Numbered from the stretch's first letter, positions 33,772 to 44,447 are shown. The stretch is DNA of 45,886 nt from an uncultured Candidatus Saccharibacteria bacterium (GCA_964517185.1 CAZFBT010000002.1:1-45886); one strand, 5' to 3'. Notes: generated by a model from the sequence alone, not told the origin. A program made the numbers and translations.

Positions 33772-33943
33772 ATTGACCTCAACATACTACCACTTGGATG
33801 TTTCATTTATAAAGCTCAATCTCGTGCTTTTATAACGATTTCGATAATTGACAATATGATTATTATTTGATATAATTAAGTAAAAAATTTGGGGAGGTTA
33901 GGGAGATTCCCAGTCCCGAAAGGAGATACAAATGTACAGCTTT

Positions 33944-34702
33944 CTATATTGAAAGCAGCACATTTCCATTGCTTGCAAACACAGTACACTTCCCTTCTGT
34001 GCCGATTTGCGACATCGAGCAGACACCGCCAGCCGCCTCGACAAGTGCGAGGCCTGCGGCGACGTCCCACACTTTTATATCCTTCTCATAGTAGACGTCT
34101 GCTCTCCCCGATGCCACGTATGCGAGCGAGAGTGCCGCGGAGCCGATACATCGGACCTTTTTGAATGACTGTACAATGTTGATATATTGCTGGAGGGCAT
34201 CGTGAGAGTAGTCAGTGTAGGACGGAAACCCGCTCATGATGACGGCGCTCTGTTTTTTTAGGACATCTGATACTCTAATGGGCGTATCGTTCATCCGTGC
34301 ATCCTCTCCGAGAACTCCGGTATACAGTTCGTCCCTCCAAAAATCATAGATAACTCCGATAATCGACTTTTCCTCCTCCAGGAGCGCTATTGAAACAGCG
34401 CTGTTTGGTATGCCGCGCGAAAAATTGAGACTGCCATCGAGCGGATCGACGACCCATGCGCGTTTGTGTGAAAAAATATGGTGCTCATTCTCTTCCGAAA
34501 GGATCGGAATATTCGATGGGCGAAGAGATTCGAGTATGATTGTATGCACCACCTCATCGGCAACAAGTTTGATATCCTTTCCCTCGCTCTTGAGCACCTC
34601 TCGTGAAAAGCTTTTGAGAGTATTTCCCGCACTTCGTGCGGCATACTTTCCGAGCTCAAGCAGTTTTTGATGCTCGTTTCTTTCTTCGGCTAATTTTTGC
34701 AT
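33944..34702 (-). CDS. Inositol-monophosphatase-family phosphatase (IMPase / CysQ-like)
   Basis: ILSEENEH, WVVDPLDGSLNF and VWDVAAGLALVEAAGG motifs. It overlaps the upstream SIS gene by 47 nt, so the true start may differ. Confidence 0.8.
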   Translation of the reverse strand: MQKLAEERNEHQKLLELGKYAARSAGNTLKSFSREVLKSEGKDIKLVADEVVHTIILESLRPSNIPILSEENEHHIFSHKRAWVVDPLDGSLNFSRGIPNSAVSIALLEEEKSIIGVIYDFWRDELYTGVLGEDARMNDTPIRVSDVLKKQSAVIMSGFPSYTDYSHDALQQYINIVQSFKKVRCIGSAALSLAYVASGRADVYYEKDIKVWDVAAGLALVEAAGGVCSMSQIGTEGKCTVFASNGNVLLSI

Positions 34703-35327
34703 GTTTTTTGGTGAGCGTGAGTCCGATATACGCAGATATCATATGGTCTAGAAAGAGGTGTACATCCTCGACGGGTCCGTATTCCCCTCTTGCAGTTGCA
34801 ACATTTATTGTGTAGTCAGCAAGCTCACCAAGCTTTCCGCCGTCAAAGCCAGTAATGCCTACCACGTACCCTCCTTTTTCTTTGGTCATCATGGCAGCCT
34901 TGAGGATGTTGGGCGAGTTTCCGCTCGCAGAAATAGCGATAAGCACATCGCCCTTGTTCATGAGTGTGTCAATTTGGTAGCTGAAAATCTCATCGTATCC
35001 TCTGTCGTTTCCTACAGCGGTTATGAGTGCCATATTATCGACGAGGCTCACTGCACGAACGAGTGGTCGGTGGTCAACAAAAGCAGAGTGGGAAAGATCC
35101 GAGGCGAAGTGAGTTGCGGTTGTTGCGCTTCCTCCGTTCCCAATGACATAGACCGTATTCCCCTGCTTAGATTTCTCAATAATCAGGTTCGCAACATCCT
35201 CGATGATCTCAAAATCCAAATTGGCGAGGAGGTGAAAGAGATACCGAGAATACCTTCGGAAGAATTGTCCCGTCTGGCTTCCCTCTTCCTCAAAGTGCTC
35301 TTCAAGCTTTAGATGACGTGGTGCCAT
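34656..35327 (-). CDS. SIS-domain sugar-phosphate isomerase (GmhA-like)
   Basis: VYVIGNGGSATTATHFASDL, LITAVGNDRGYDEIFSYQ and GDVLIAISASGNSPNILKAA..GITGFDGGKL. Confidence 0.8.
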   Translation of the reverse strand: MAPRHLKLEEHFEEEGSQTGQFFRRYSRYLFHLLANLDFEIIEDVANLIIEKSKQGNTVYVIGNGGSATTATHFASDLSHSAFVDHRPLVRAVSLVDNMALITAVGNDRGYDEIFSYQIDTLMNKGDVLIAISASGNSPNILKAAMMTKEKGGYVVGITGFDGGKLGELADYTINVATARGEYGPVEDVHLFLDHMISAYIGLTLTKKHAKISRRKKRASKTA

Positions 35328-35333
35328 GAGTGT

Positions 35334-36326
35334 TTATCTTATTTTTTGCGCCGCGATGCGGCAGTATGAGCTCAGATGGTTAAGCTGCAAGAAATCCTGT
35401 AATGACTGAAGCACAGACTCGTCTCGTTTCGTAAATAGATATTTGAGGAAATAGGGTATTTTCTCCTCACCAAGCTCTTCGAGGTGTTCGAGGACAAAAG
35501 CAACATCGAGCTTGTTCGGAGTTGAGATGTCGAGTACTCGATATCCATGTGATTCAAGTTGCGCACGCATCGCTTCTACTGAGAGGAGATTGAGTCGATC
35601 TGGTATGACAAGCCGTGGAGAATGTTCCCCTAATACCTGATACTCGAATCCGCTTGATGTGTTCGCCGTTAGGAACAAGAGTCCTCTCTCTTTCTGGAGA
35701 GATGAGACTGTGCGGAAGAATCCTGGGACATCAGCTGCACGGTCGACGTCATCCAAGGCTATGATTATGTCAAAGGGGCGTTCGCCTTTGAGGTCTTTAA
35801 AGACCGTGGCTCTACCCTTGAAATCCTCATAGAGTGATTTGTAGATGAACGGCTTTGTCTTTACTGGAAAGTCGTCCCGTACTGCAATACTGAAGATGGG
35901 GCGATAGTCCAAGACGCGCTTCGCCTCTGGCACAAAACGATTAATGATGCTACCTGCCCAGCGCGTGAGTGGATCGATACTGTGGAGTGTTCTCGAGGAA
36001 AGTGATGCAAGAAACATCTCACGATACCAGAAACGCGAGGCTTTTGATCTTCTATAGAAATCATCTATTCTCTCCTGGTCGGGTCGCGGAGAGACAAACA
36101 TAGTGTCGCAGGCACCACACCGATGAAAACTAAAGTTAAACTTCTTGAATACAATCGTGCTACGACCTTTGATACCGCATCCTGGGCATTGTTTGACTGG
36201 AGTCAGGGTGTCAGGACTAAAAAATATCGCGAGTTCTTCCTCAAGAAGAACGAGCCAATGCTTAAAGGCGGTCTCTGGGTAGGCAGAGTCTTTCTTCTGT
36301 TCAACCTCAATATGTTGCTTTTTCAT
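35334..36326 (-). CDS. Zn-ribbon + class I methyltransferase-fold protein with degenerate SAM loop
   Basis: CPGCG...CGACDTMFVSPRP is the N-terminal zinc ribbon typical of Methyltransf_13/23-type sugar methyltransferases. The fold is conserved (FDIIIALDDVDRAADVPGFFRTVSSLQKERGLLFLTANT). Motif I reads VLDYRPIFS instead of VLD.G.G.G. Confidence 0.55.
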   Translation of the reverse strand: MKKQHIEVEQKKDSAYPETAFKHWLVLLEEELAIFFSPDTLTPVKQCPGCGIKGRSTIVFKKFNFSFHRCGACDTMFVSPRPDQERIDDFYRRSKASRFWYREMFLASLSSRTLHSIDPLTRWAGSIINRFVPEAKRVLDYRPIFSIAVRDDFPVKTKPFIYKSLYEDFKGRATVFKDLKGERPFDIIIALDDVDRAADVPGFFRTVSSLQKERGLLFLTANTSSGFEYQVLGEHSPRLVIPDRLNLLSVEAMRAQLESHGYRVLDISTPNKLDVAFVLEHLEELGEEKIPYFLKYLFTKRDESVLQSLQDFLQLNHLSSYCRIAAQKIR

Positions 36327-37558
36327 GCCGTGATGTCGACTATATGTGTGGGTTCTACTCCTCTCTCGTATACCTGCTCACCAATTCCTTCTCTATCGCG
36401 AATTGCTATGAGTCCAAGTACAAGTTCCTGAGCTCGAAGTGAACATCCGGAGATTGAGAAATCATACGGTGAACGGCCGGCAAGCTCAAGCAGTGAGGAG
36501 CGAATGACTGGATAGTATTTCTCATCCGTCTTTGGAAGTGTGAAAATATCTCTGAATTCCTGACCTTTGATCCTCACATGCACCGATGGATTCGACAGAT
36601 CAAGTTCAATATCACCCCATTCACCACGTATTTTGATTCCACGACGATTCTCATTCTGAAGCACATATTTTCCGATACGCATCGTTACAGGCACTCCATT
36701 GCTAGTAACCAATCGTACCTCACCAAAAGTTTCAGCGGTATCGTCCTCAGTAAGGTCATACTCTGCTTTTGCCATATCGATATATTCTCGACATCGTGCA
36801 GTTTTTAGAAGAGCTCCTTGTAGCGAGAGACGACCAATCCATCTCTCGAGCGGGATGAGCGGTGCAAGCGCGTGAATACCGAGGTCTTGTATCATACCCC
36901 CGCCAAGAGTTTTCGAGACTATATGCGCTCCCCTATGAGCAAGACTGCCAACCGCACCTTCTCCTTCAAGTACTTCGATGTCAACAGCTTCAATCTTCCC
37001 TATCGCTTCAAATACACCACCAGACCCGAGTTGAGCATTGAGTGCGTTCCCCACGTCCTCGGCAGCGAGCATGATACCTTCATCAAGTAAGAAACTGGGC
37101 ATCTTGAGCTGACCAGTGAGAGTGTAAAGCGGTGTTGACTTCATGGTGAGGTAGTATTCAATGAGTCCAACCCTACGGGGAAATCCATCGAATATCTTGG
37201 TAAGCGTTTTAAGCTCATCTTCCGAAAGAGCGAAGGGTTTTTCGACAAGCACAGAGAACCCGAAATTCGCAAGGTCGACGGCGTCCGCTACGTGCATGTG
37301 GTTCGCGTGTCCAAGAATGATTACTGGATTAAGGTGCTTCGTGTCCTGAAGCACTGATGATAGAGATTCCCCATCTTTTCGAATCCTATGTTCGAGCGTG
37401 TCAAAGGCCGCATCACCTATCACGCTTCGTTCCCTTATATCAACTGTGAGTATCGGATACGAAATACGATTTGCTCTCAAACGTTTGAGGGCTGGTGTGA
37501 GTATCTTTGTGTAGTACTCTCCGGTGCCCACGAGTATGAGCGGCGTATCTTCCTGCAT
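36323..37558 (-). CDS. Gfo/Idh/MocA-family oxidoreductase
   Basis: N-terminal Rossmann LILVGTGEYY and the signature VLVEKPFALS. 411 aa. 4-nt overlap with the downstream gene. Confidence 0.7.
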   Translation of the reverse strand: MQEDTPLILVGTGEYYTKILTPALKRLRANRISYPILTVDIRERSVIGDAAFDTLEHRIRKDGESLSSVLQDTKHLNPVIILGHANHMHVADAVDLANFGFSVLVEKPFALSEDELKTLTKIFDGFPRRVGLIEYYLTMKSTPLYTLTGQLKMPSFLLDEGIMLAAEDVGNALNAQLGSGGVFEAIGKIEAVDIEVLEGEGAVGSLAHRGAHIVSKTLGGGMIQDLGIHALAPLIPLERWIGRLSLQGALLKTARCREYIDMAKAEYDLTEDDTAETFGEVRLVTSNGVPVTMRIGKYVLQNENRRGIKIRGEWGDIELDLSNPSVHVRIKGQEFRDIFTLPKTDEKYYPVIRSSLLELAGRSPYDFSISGCSLRAQELVLGLIAIRDREGIGEQVYERGVEPTHIVDITA

Positions 37559-37561
37559 AGC

Positions 37562-38503
37562 TTACTTTGGTTCCTCTTTGAGGAAGTGTTCCTTAAGATG
37601 TTCTATCGCCGCCATGCCCATGGCAAGCACGGCTTCTCTAGAGTTTCCACCGATGTGGGGTGTACAGATAAGGTTATTGAGTGACAGGAGGTCTATGTCT
37701 CTTGGCGGCTCTTCATCGTAAACATCGATAGCGGCACCGGCAATTGTCCCATTCTGTAACGCTCTCTTGAGAGCTTGAAGATCAATAAGTGGACCACGTG
37801 CAGAGTTAATGACGAACGTCGTTGGCTGCATGAGTGCTAGCGTATCCTGGTTTATCATCCGTTCAGTCTCCTTGGTGAGTGGTACGTGGAGAGTTATGAC
37901 GTCTGCTTCCTTGAATATCTGCTCTTTTGTCGCTTCAATTAGACCTTCTCGCTCATAGTATTCACGTTGGTCGATAATATCGTTCACGAGAATACGACAA
38001 TTGAATGGCTTGAGTAGGCGAATGACCTCCTTACCCGTAAAGCCAACGCCGATGACACCAACAGTACGGGCACTTAACTGTCTTCCGCCGTCTTTATTCC
38101 AAATCCCACGTTTTAGCTCGTACGACGTTTTGAAAAGATTACGTGCGAGCGAGAGCATGAAACCAACCGCCATCTCGGCAACAGAAAGACGGTTGGTGCC
38201 GCCAGTCCAACCTATCTTTACCCCTCGCTCTTTGCACGCTGCTAAGTCGATATTGTCGAGCCCGACCCCGTACTTTGAAACGATCTTGAGATTAGGACAC
38301 GCATCGAGCACCGCACCATCTACCTGTTCAAGCGCAACAAGGGCTGCCTCAGCATCACCAATAAACTCTACGAGTGACTCACCCTTGAGTTTCTCTGTGG
38401 GGTTATATCGAACGTTCGTAAAATACTTGTTGAGTTCAGCAACAAGTTCAGGAACATTCGAGAACGTGCGTGATACGACTGCGATACTGCTATGCTTTGA
38501 CAT
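37562..38503 (-). CDS. D-isomer-specific 2-hydroxyacid dehydrogenase (SerA/GhrB-like)
   Basis: VGVIGVGFTGKEV (NAD loop), ITLHVPLTKETERMIN, INSARGPLID and TPHIGGNSREA. Confidence 0.85.
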   Translation of the reverse strand: MSKHSSIAVVSRTFSNVPELVAELNKYFTNVRYNPTEKLKGESLVEFIGDAEAALVALEQVDGAVLDACPNLKIVSKYGVGLDNIDLAACKERGVKIGWTGGTNRLSVAEMAVGFMLSLARNLFKTSYELKRGIWNKDGGRQLSARTVGVIGVGFTGKEVIRLLKPFNCRILVNDIIDQREYYEREGLIEATKEQIFKEADVITLHVPLTKETERMINQDTLALMQPTTFVINSARGPLIDLQALKRALQNGTIAGAAIDVYDEEPPRDIDLLSLNNLICTPHIGGNSREAVLAMGMAAIEHLKEHFLKEEPK

Positions 38504-39296
38504 ATGTTTTCAGGAGTGGGTCATCTTTCATCTGCTCTTCGACGTACTCAAGGTCTGCTTGAGTATCGACAGCACAAATGTGTGTCTGTGTGGTGTATGT
38601 TGCAATAGGTTTCCCGTGTTGAAGGATACGAAGCATATCGGTTGATTCAATGATCTCAAGCGGTGTCGGTTCCATTCGTTGAAACTCATAGAGAAAATCC
38701 TTTCTGAAGAGGTGTATACCGAGTGTCTTCAGGTACGGAACATTCTCTTTGTATTTGCCGGTATCAAAAGGAATACACGCCCGTGAATAGTACAGCATGT
38801 TCCCCTTGAGGTCAGTCACCACTTTGAGTGTGTCGGGAATCTCGAGGTCTCGTTTGTTTATGATGGGTGTCACGAGATTCATTATGTTGATGGATTCATC
38901 ATCTATCATCTTTTGTACAGCCTCCTCTAGCATCTCAGGTGTCACCATCGGTTCGTCCCCCTGCATTTGAACAACAATGTCAATGTTTTTTCCGAGAGAT
39001 ATTTCGATAATGCCAATTGCTTCTGCAGTTCGGTCCATCGCTCGCTCATGAGTATCCGCAGTCAGAATGACCTTCGCACCTATGCTTTCTCCATACTCTT
39101 GTATCTCCTTGTCACAGGTCGCAATATACACATCCTCGAGAAGTGAGCACATCTTCGTTCTTAGATAACAATGCCCCACCATGGGCATACCGAGTATTGG
39201 ACGGAGGGGTTTCCCAGGAAGGCGGCTTGAACCCATTCTTGCAGGCACAATGCCAATGATCGTTGGTTTCTTTTCCATGGTCGCTGATTGTAACAC
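38490..39296 (-). CDS. KdsB-family cytidylyltransferase (CMP-Kdo-synthetase-like)
   Basis: IIGIVPARMGSSRLPGKPL, THERAMDRTAEA and VVQMQGDEP match the CMP-ulosonic-acid synthetase pattern. The substrate is not assignable. Confidence 0.75.
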   Translation of the reverse strand: MLQSATMEKKPTIIGIVPARMGSSRLPGKPLRPILGMPMVGHCYLRTKMCSLLEDVYIATCDKEIQEYGESIGAKVILTADTHERAMDRTAEAIGIIEISLGKNIDIVVQMQGDEPMVTPEMLEEAVQKMIDDESINIMNLVTPIINKRDLEIPDTLKVVTDLKGNMLYYSRACIPFDTGKYKENVPYLKTLGIHLFRKDFLYEFQRMEPTPLEIIESTDMLRILQHGKPIATYTTQTHICAVDTQADLEYVEEQMKDDPLLKTYVKA

Positions 39297-39298
39297 CT

Positions 39299-40552
39299 CT
39301 AAGACCTTTTAAGTTCCTTGCGTTCGATTATCTTTTCGTACTCAACTATATACTGTCTGACTTTATCATCAAGATTGAATTCTTTTTCTATCCGTTGCTT
39401 GCCTGCTCGGCCGAAGCCTTCAGCTTTTTGGGTGTCTTGGAGAAGCTCAATTACTTTCTCTGCTATTTGTTCTGGATACAGCGGATTAACGACATACCCT
39501 GTCACGCCATCAACAATGATTTCAGGAGCACCACCGAAACAAGTACCAATGACTGGCTTTCCAGATGCCATCGCCTCAATGATTGCACGCGGAAGAGAGT
39601 CAAAACAAACTGAGGGAACGATAACGATGTCAGCAATAGCATTTCCCACTCTCATCTTATCTCTGTCCAACCAACCAGAGATAATGAAATTTTTTTCAAT
39701 TCCAAGTTGCTTTACTAAATTTTTCATCTTTTCAGAATAAAGGTCTTCACTACCAGCCACAAACAGTACGACCTCAGGAACATGGGGTGCGACAAGCCTC
39801 AGCATATCAATTGCTTTGTCTCCACCTTTCCCTTCGCTTAACCGGCCGGAAAAAAGTATCACCTTCTTTCCTTCAAGCCCGTACTTCTCTCTGAACGCAC
39901 TCACCTCTTCCTCTTTAGCGCCCCAGAGTGCGACATCTGTTCCCGTATGGAGCGTTTCAACCCCCTGTATGCCATTTGCAGTAAACGCATCCCTTAAGGT
40001 GCTACTTACCGCGAAAAGCTTATCTGCGTATGTGAAGTAATATCGTACTACGAAATTGCGAAGAGGATTCCAACGTTTCCCAGCAATCTTTAATTGCTCT
40101 CGCCAACTGACATGCATATCATTATTTTCAAAGTACTGTCTATTGCTTAGCTTCCCATAGTGAAAAGACATGACGTCTCGTCCTGTAAAAACAACAGCCT
40201 TTCCATACTTTTGTGCGATCTTGAAGCAGTGATACGACAGATGATAATGAACGTTGTTAATATGTACGACATCTGGTTTCAATTCTTTGAGTATCTTTTC
40301 AACCTTTCGCGTTACTGAAATATTCATAAGACTTCGGTATGCACGCCACCGTTCAGGATAGTCACTTTTGATACTGTACACTTTGAGTCCATCATACATA
40401 CTCTCCCCTACATTCTCTTCTTTTCTACAGGTGGTTATGACAGAAATATCTTGCCCAAGACGACTCATTCCAAGAGCAAGCTCATACGTGGAAAAACCAG
40501 CACCGCCCATGCTGTGCGGAGGAAAATCATCCTGAAGGAAAACTATTTTCAT
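39299..40552 (-). CDS. GT4-family glycosyltransferase
   Basis: MKIVFLQDDFPPHSMGGAGFSTYELA (GT4 N-domain). C-terminal FDSLPRAIIEAMASGKPVIGT (E.7E region). Confidence 0.85.
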   Translation of the reverse strand: MKIVFLQDDFPPHSMGGAGFSTYELALGMSRLGQDISVITTCRKEENVGESMYDGLKVYSIKSDYPERWRAYRSLMNISVTRKVEKILKELKPDVVHINNVHYHLSYHCFKIAQKYGKAVVFTGRDVMSFHYGKLSNRQYFENNDMHVSWREQLKIAGKRWNPLRNFVVRYYFTYADKLFAVSSTLRDAFTANGIQGVETLHTGTDVALWGAKEEEVSAFREKYGLEGKKVILFSGRLSEGKGGDKAIDMLRLVAPHVPEVVLFVAGSEDLYSEKMKNLVKQLGIEKNFIISGWLDRDKMRVGNAIADIVIVPSVCFDSLPRAIIEAMASGKPVIGTCFGGAPEIIVDGVTGYVVNPLYPEQIAEKVIELLQDTQKAEGFGRAGKQRIEKEFNLDDKVRQYIVEYEKIIERKELKRS

Positions 40553-40556
40553 ACCG

Positions 40557-41510
40557 TTACTTTCTTATTTCTGTATGAATGAAGACAAAATTATCTCTTA
40601 CTCCTTCTTCCGTACCCACAATACTACTCACTGGATCTAAGACCGCTTCGGTTGATAACATTCCATTACTACCGATTGAAAAAGCCTCGTACCCAAGAGC
40701 GAACAATTTCTCGATAGCATTTTGAGAATATGTTCGACCAAGTTTCCCTCCCCACACTTCCAGAATAATGGTGGGTTTGAATGTTTGGATGATTTTTTCA
40801 GCTCCACAGATAGCATCATATTCACCACCTTCAATATCAAACTTCATAATGGTTGGAGGAGTCACTGCAGAAGTAACAAACGTATCGAGAATAACAGTAG
40901 AAACCTTTCGGGTACTTATTATGCTTCCCGAAATATTGAACCGAGAACTCATAGAACTATCACTCGTGTTTGTGGCATCATAGAACTCAACGGTACCAGG
41001 AACTGATGCAACCGCAGAACAAACAACTGTGACGCGAGATTCATTTCCAAAATTCTTATTAAGGTAAGCACAGAGTGTATCGTTTGCCTCAAACGCAAAT
41101 ACCTTCCCCTCCATAAGTAAGGTCTCTGCAAGCGCAGTATAAAAACCGAGATGTGCGCCAATGTCATAGAACACGTCTTTCACACCAAGCGTTCGAATGA
41201 GATATTCGGTGAGTTTTCTTTCACTTCTATGCGGTATCATCCCATACATCGATAGCGAATATGAACCAATGTCCCTTCTGGGGAAAGACATATTCTTTTC
41301 CCAGAAAAAGCTGCCTTGAATATCGCCTTTAGGAAGTGGGAACTTGAATCGCAAGAGTGTGTGGAGAAAGTATGAAGAACCAAAGGTATGTAAACCATAG
41401 AATGCTCTCCGGAAAGGATTCTTTTCTTCCCGCACACATCTCATGGCGTTCTTATACTTCCCTACGGCATTGTGGAAAGATTCAAGTAATTGTTTTCTTT
41501 GTTCTTCCAT
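40557..41510 (-). CDS. FkbM-family methyltransferase
   Basis: ORF 40557..41582, trimmed to ATG 41510 to remove a 68-nt overlap. Motifs FYDIGAHLGFYT, VFAFEAN and IMKFDIEGGEYDAI. Confidence 0.8.
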   Translation of the reverse strand: MEEQRKQLLESFHNAVGKYKNAMRCVREEKNPFRRAFYGLHTFGSSYFLHTLLRFKFPLPKGDIQGSFFWEKNMSFPRRDIGSYSLSMYGMIPHRSERKLTEYLIRTLGVKDVFYDIGAHLGFYTALAETLLMEGKVFAFEANDTLCAYLNKNFGNESRVTVVCSAVASVPGTVEFYDATNTSDSSMSSRFNISGSIISTRKVSTVILDTFVTSAVTPPTIMKFDIEGGEYDAICGAEKIIQTFKPTIILEVWGGKLGRTYSQNAIEKLFALGYEAFSIGSNGMLSTEAVLDPVSSIVGTEEGVRDNFVFIHTEIRK

Positions 41511-41514
41511 ATTC

Positions 41515-42633
41515 CTATACTTTCTTAGATTCCATATATTCCAGGATACGTGATGCACGAGCATCCCAGGTAAATGATTCAACGAATTTCCGATTCTGTT
41601 TTGCTTTCTCTTCTAAGGCTATTTTCTCTTTTTTAATGTGTAAAACTGCATCTGCAAAACTTTCAGCGTTACCTGGTTCAAAGACAATACCCTTAGCTCC
41701 CAGAACCTCTTTAATGATTTCGAGATTCGAATAAACAATGGGCCTACCTGATGCAAGGTATTCCCATACCTTGAGAGGAAATCCGTAATTCCTGAAGTGG
41801 GATCTATCAGGATATGGTATAGCAAGAATATCCATTGCCAATTCATACTCAATGACTTTATCGAACTGTTGCTTCCCAATGAACAAACATTGTTTCTCGA
41901 CATTGAGTTCTATTGCAAGCTTTCGATATTCATCGATGTGCTGACGTGCTCCACCGACGAACACTAAATATGTGTTCGTATCTAGAAAAGGAAGCGCTCG
42001 TATCATGGTATCGAGACCCTTTTCTAATCCGACACTCCTGAATCCACCCATATATCCAACGAGATATCCGCTGAGTGGTAACTTTAATCTTTTTCTTAGT
42101 TCATTCTTACTTGTTAGTGCCATCTTATCAAAGAGCGGAAGGTCAATCCCCCCGTACGCAACCAGAATCTTTTCTTTTGATACCTCACCTGCTATTGCAA
42201 GAAGTCCTTGGAGTTTCTTCGTCGTCGTAATGAGATAGTCGCTTCCCTGTGCAACATACTTATCCTTCCAGTCCTCAAAAAGCTGATGCCAATCTGAACA
42301 TATACGGTATTTGAAGAAAAATATTTTGCGCCAGAAGACAAAGATAGAGAGAAGATATGGATCATTCGACATGAATATCACATCTGATTCATTGAAAGCC
42401 TTATTTAGAACAAAGAATGGGAACCAAAAAAAATATTTAAACGTGCGGAACCTTTCTGTCATAGAAATGGAAATTGGGTTCATACTAAAAAAACTTTCAG
42501 GTATCTTACCCCGGATGACAAAGGTAAAATCCTTACCAAGATTTTTTGCATAAGCTTCCGCAGTTGACTTGAGGTAGTATGGCTCTGCTCGTGTTGAAGG
42601 AAATGTGTAAGAGGTAATGTAAATGAGTTTCAT
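41515..42633 (-). CDS. GT4/GT1-like glycosyltransferase
   Basis: MKLIYITSYTFPSTRAEPYY. C-terminal NYGFPLKVWEYLASGRPIVYS. Confidence 0.75.
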   Translation of the reverse strand: MKLIYITSYTFPSTRAEPYYLKSTAEAYAKNLGKDFTFVIRGKIPESFFSMNPISISMTERFRTFKYFFWFPFFVLNKAFNESDVIFMSNDPYLLSIFVFWRKIFFFKYRICSDWHQLFEDWKDKYVAQGSDYLITTTKKLQGLLAIAGEVSKEKILVAYGGIDLPLFDKMALTSKNELRKRLKLPLSGYLVGYMGGFRSVGLEKGLDTMIRALPFLDTNTYLVFVGGARQHIDEYRKLAIELNVEKQCLFIGKQQFDKVIEYELAMDILAIPYPDRSHFRNYGFPLKVWEYLASGRPIVYSNLEIIKEVLGAKGIVFEPGNAESFADAVLHIKKEKIALEEKAKQNRKFVESFTWDARASRILEYMESKKV

Positions 42634-44447
42634 GACTCCTCTATATTATCCTTATCCGCTTCCGAATATTCATATATTTCAATATCACCGAAAGATGCGA
42701 CTTTGGAAACAAAGGGTAGAGTCTCCACATTCCAATTAGGATTGGTATCTTTATCCCACACAATATATTCAACCTGGTACTTTTCGAACATTTCTCTCAA
42801 GTATTCTGCTCTTGGTAGTTCGAGAGTGGAATTATATATATTAAGCAGTCGCTCAACTTCGTCTTTTGGTAAACCAATCGGGGAGCCCTTTTCATCTTGA
42901 TAATAAAAATGATACAAGTCAAAAGCGATCCTTTCTCGATCTTTATAAAATACCTCTTTTGCTGTTTTCTCATCATTCACACCACTCAGTCGATAGATAG
43001 TAAATAACATATCGAATAGCCGCTCCTCAGTGGCTCTTAGAGAGGAATATGAAACGGCACGGTGGTAGAAAACATTAAGTGGAGTATAAATGGTTACTAG
43101 CTGTGATACTTCGTCATTCCCTAGCACAACATCATCCTTATCTGCATTCTCTGAAAGCCATCTCATTGCAGGTCCATACTTTTGTCGTTCTACTGCTATG
43201 CTTCCCCCATATATATTATCTCTAGTGTAAGACGTATATTGAATAAAAATAGCGACAAAAATACTCAGGGTGACGAGAATGATTGTAAGAGCTTTCTTGT
43301 AGAGAAATAATTGATTTTTTTTCAGATAAAGATAAATAGCTACAACAACAAGAATAATTGCTATAGGTTTATGGAAGTAGTAATGATAGTGCCCAGCTTG
43401 CATTATCTTTCCGGTAAGGAGCTGTTGATTAAGTGTTATAAAAGGAGTCAGTATAAGCGCAAGGTTAAAGAGATATGATTCTCTATTTTCTTTTGGATAT
43501 AAAACAAAGAATAAAATAATTGAGGCAAAAACAACTGTTCCAACCCAAAGTGGAGCATGAGTGTGAACGACGCCAATGCGTTCACTAACTACGTCGTACA
43601 ATGGGTGCTTAGTGACGTTATATAGGTTTATAAGGTACGGTATGGCGACAAGGACAGCCCCCCCATATACAGCAGATAATTTATATACGAACTTCCATTG
43701 TTTCTGTAGTAGAAAAAAAATACCCAAAAGACCCCCGAATGCATATAGATAAGTCCAAAGGTAAAAGTAATTATAAAAAGCTGAACCAAGAAGAAGAGTG
43801 CTGGTAAAGCCCAACAACCAACCGCCGCGCTTCAACAATAACCAGAGCGAAATAAGAAAAGCAAAAAGGGGAAGTTGCACCATCGCTGGTATGACTGGTT
43901 GGCCAAAGACAAGAAAATCCACTGGACTTTCTCCCTGAAGGAAGGTTATGAGTCCATTGGGATCAAGAATATCATCTGCTAAAATTATTAAGGAGGCTGC
44001 GGTAACACCTGCAGCTTTACTTCCTGAAAGGAGTTGAACAAACCAGTATATGAGAATAAAGGTAACAAATGGAAGTATGACCCGAGAGAGAAGTAGGGTG
44101 TTATTGATATCTAATGAAAAAAGCTTACCCATGTATGCAATAACAATCGAACCCAAAGGTTGGAATAAATATGGATCATCCTTCCCTTCTTTCCAGTACA
44201 TGCTACCGAAATTAAGATTTCCATCTTGAGCTTCGCGCACTCGTGGTGACCAAAATGAGTCGGGCATGAGCTCAATTCCCTGGTACACACCGTCATCTCT
44301 ATGATCAAGGCGAAAGGCAACCTGCGGTGACGCAACAATAATTGCGGTGAGTGCCGCCAGTATAAATGCGGTTCGGTGTGCAAGGACAAATTCTTTCAAC
44401 TTAGATAGGATGTACATACAAAAATGCAAAAATAGGGTGTTTATCAA
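42630..44447 (-). CDS. GT-C-like polytopic membrane protein (glycosyltransferase or polymerase) with C-terminal soluble domain
   Basis: 605 aa, about 11 TM helices. The first loop carries acidic motifs (DHRDDG, EGKDDPY). The last ~200 aa are soluble. It overlaps both neighbours by 4 nt. Confidence 0.5.
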   Translation of the reverse strand: MINTLFLHFCMYILSKLKEFVLAHRTAFILAALTAIIVASPQVAFRLDHRDDGVYQGIELMPDSFWSPRVREAQDGNLNFGSMYWKEGKDDPYLFQPLGSIVIAYMGKLFSLDINNTLLLSRVILPFVTFILIYWFVQLLSGSKAAGVTAASLIILADDILDPNGLITFLQGESPVDFLVFGQPVIPAMVQLPLFAFLISLWLLLKRGGWLLGFTSTLLLGSAFYNYFYLWTYLYAFGGLLGIFFLLQKQWKFVYKLSAVYGGAVLVAIPYLINLYNVTKHPLYDVVSERIGVVHTHAPLWVGTVVFASIILFFVLYPKENRESYLFNLALILTPFITLNQQLLTGKIMQAGHYHYYFHKPIAIILVVVAIYLYLKKNQLFLYKKALTIILVTLSIFVAIFIQYTSYTRDNIYGGSIAVERQKYGPAMRWLSENADKDDVVLGNDEVSQLVTIYTPLNVFYHRAVSYSSLRATEERLFDMLFTIYRLSGVNDEKTAKEVFYKDRERIAFDLYHFYYQDEKGSPIGLPKDEVERLLNIYNSTLELPRAEYLREMFEKYQVEYIVWDKDTNPNWNVETLPFVSKVASFGDIEIYEYSEADKDNIEES

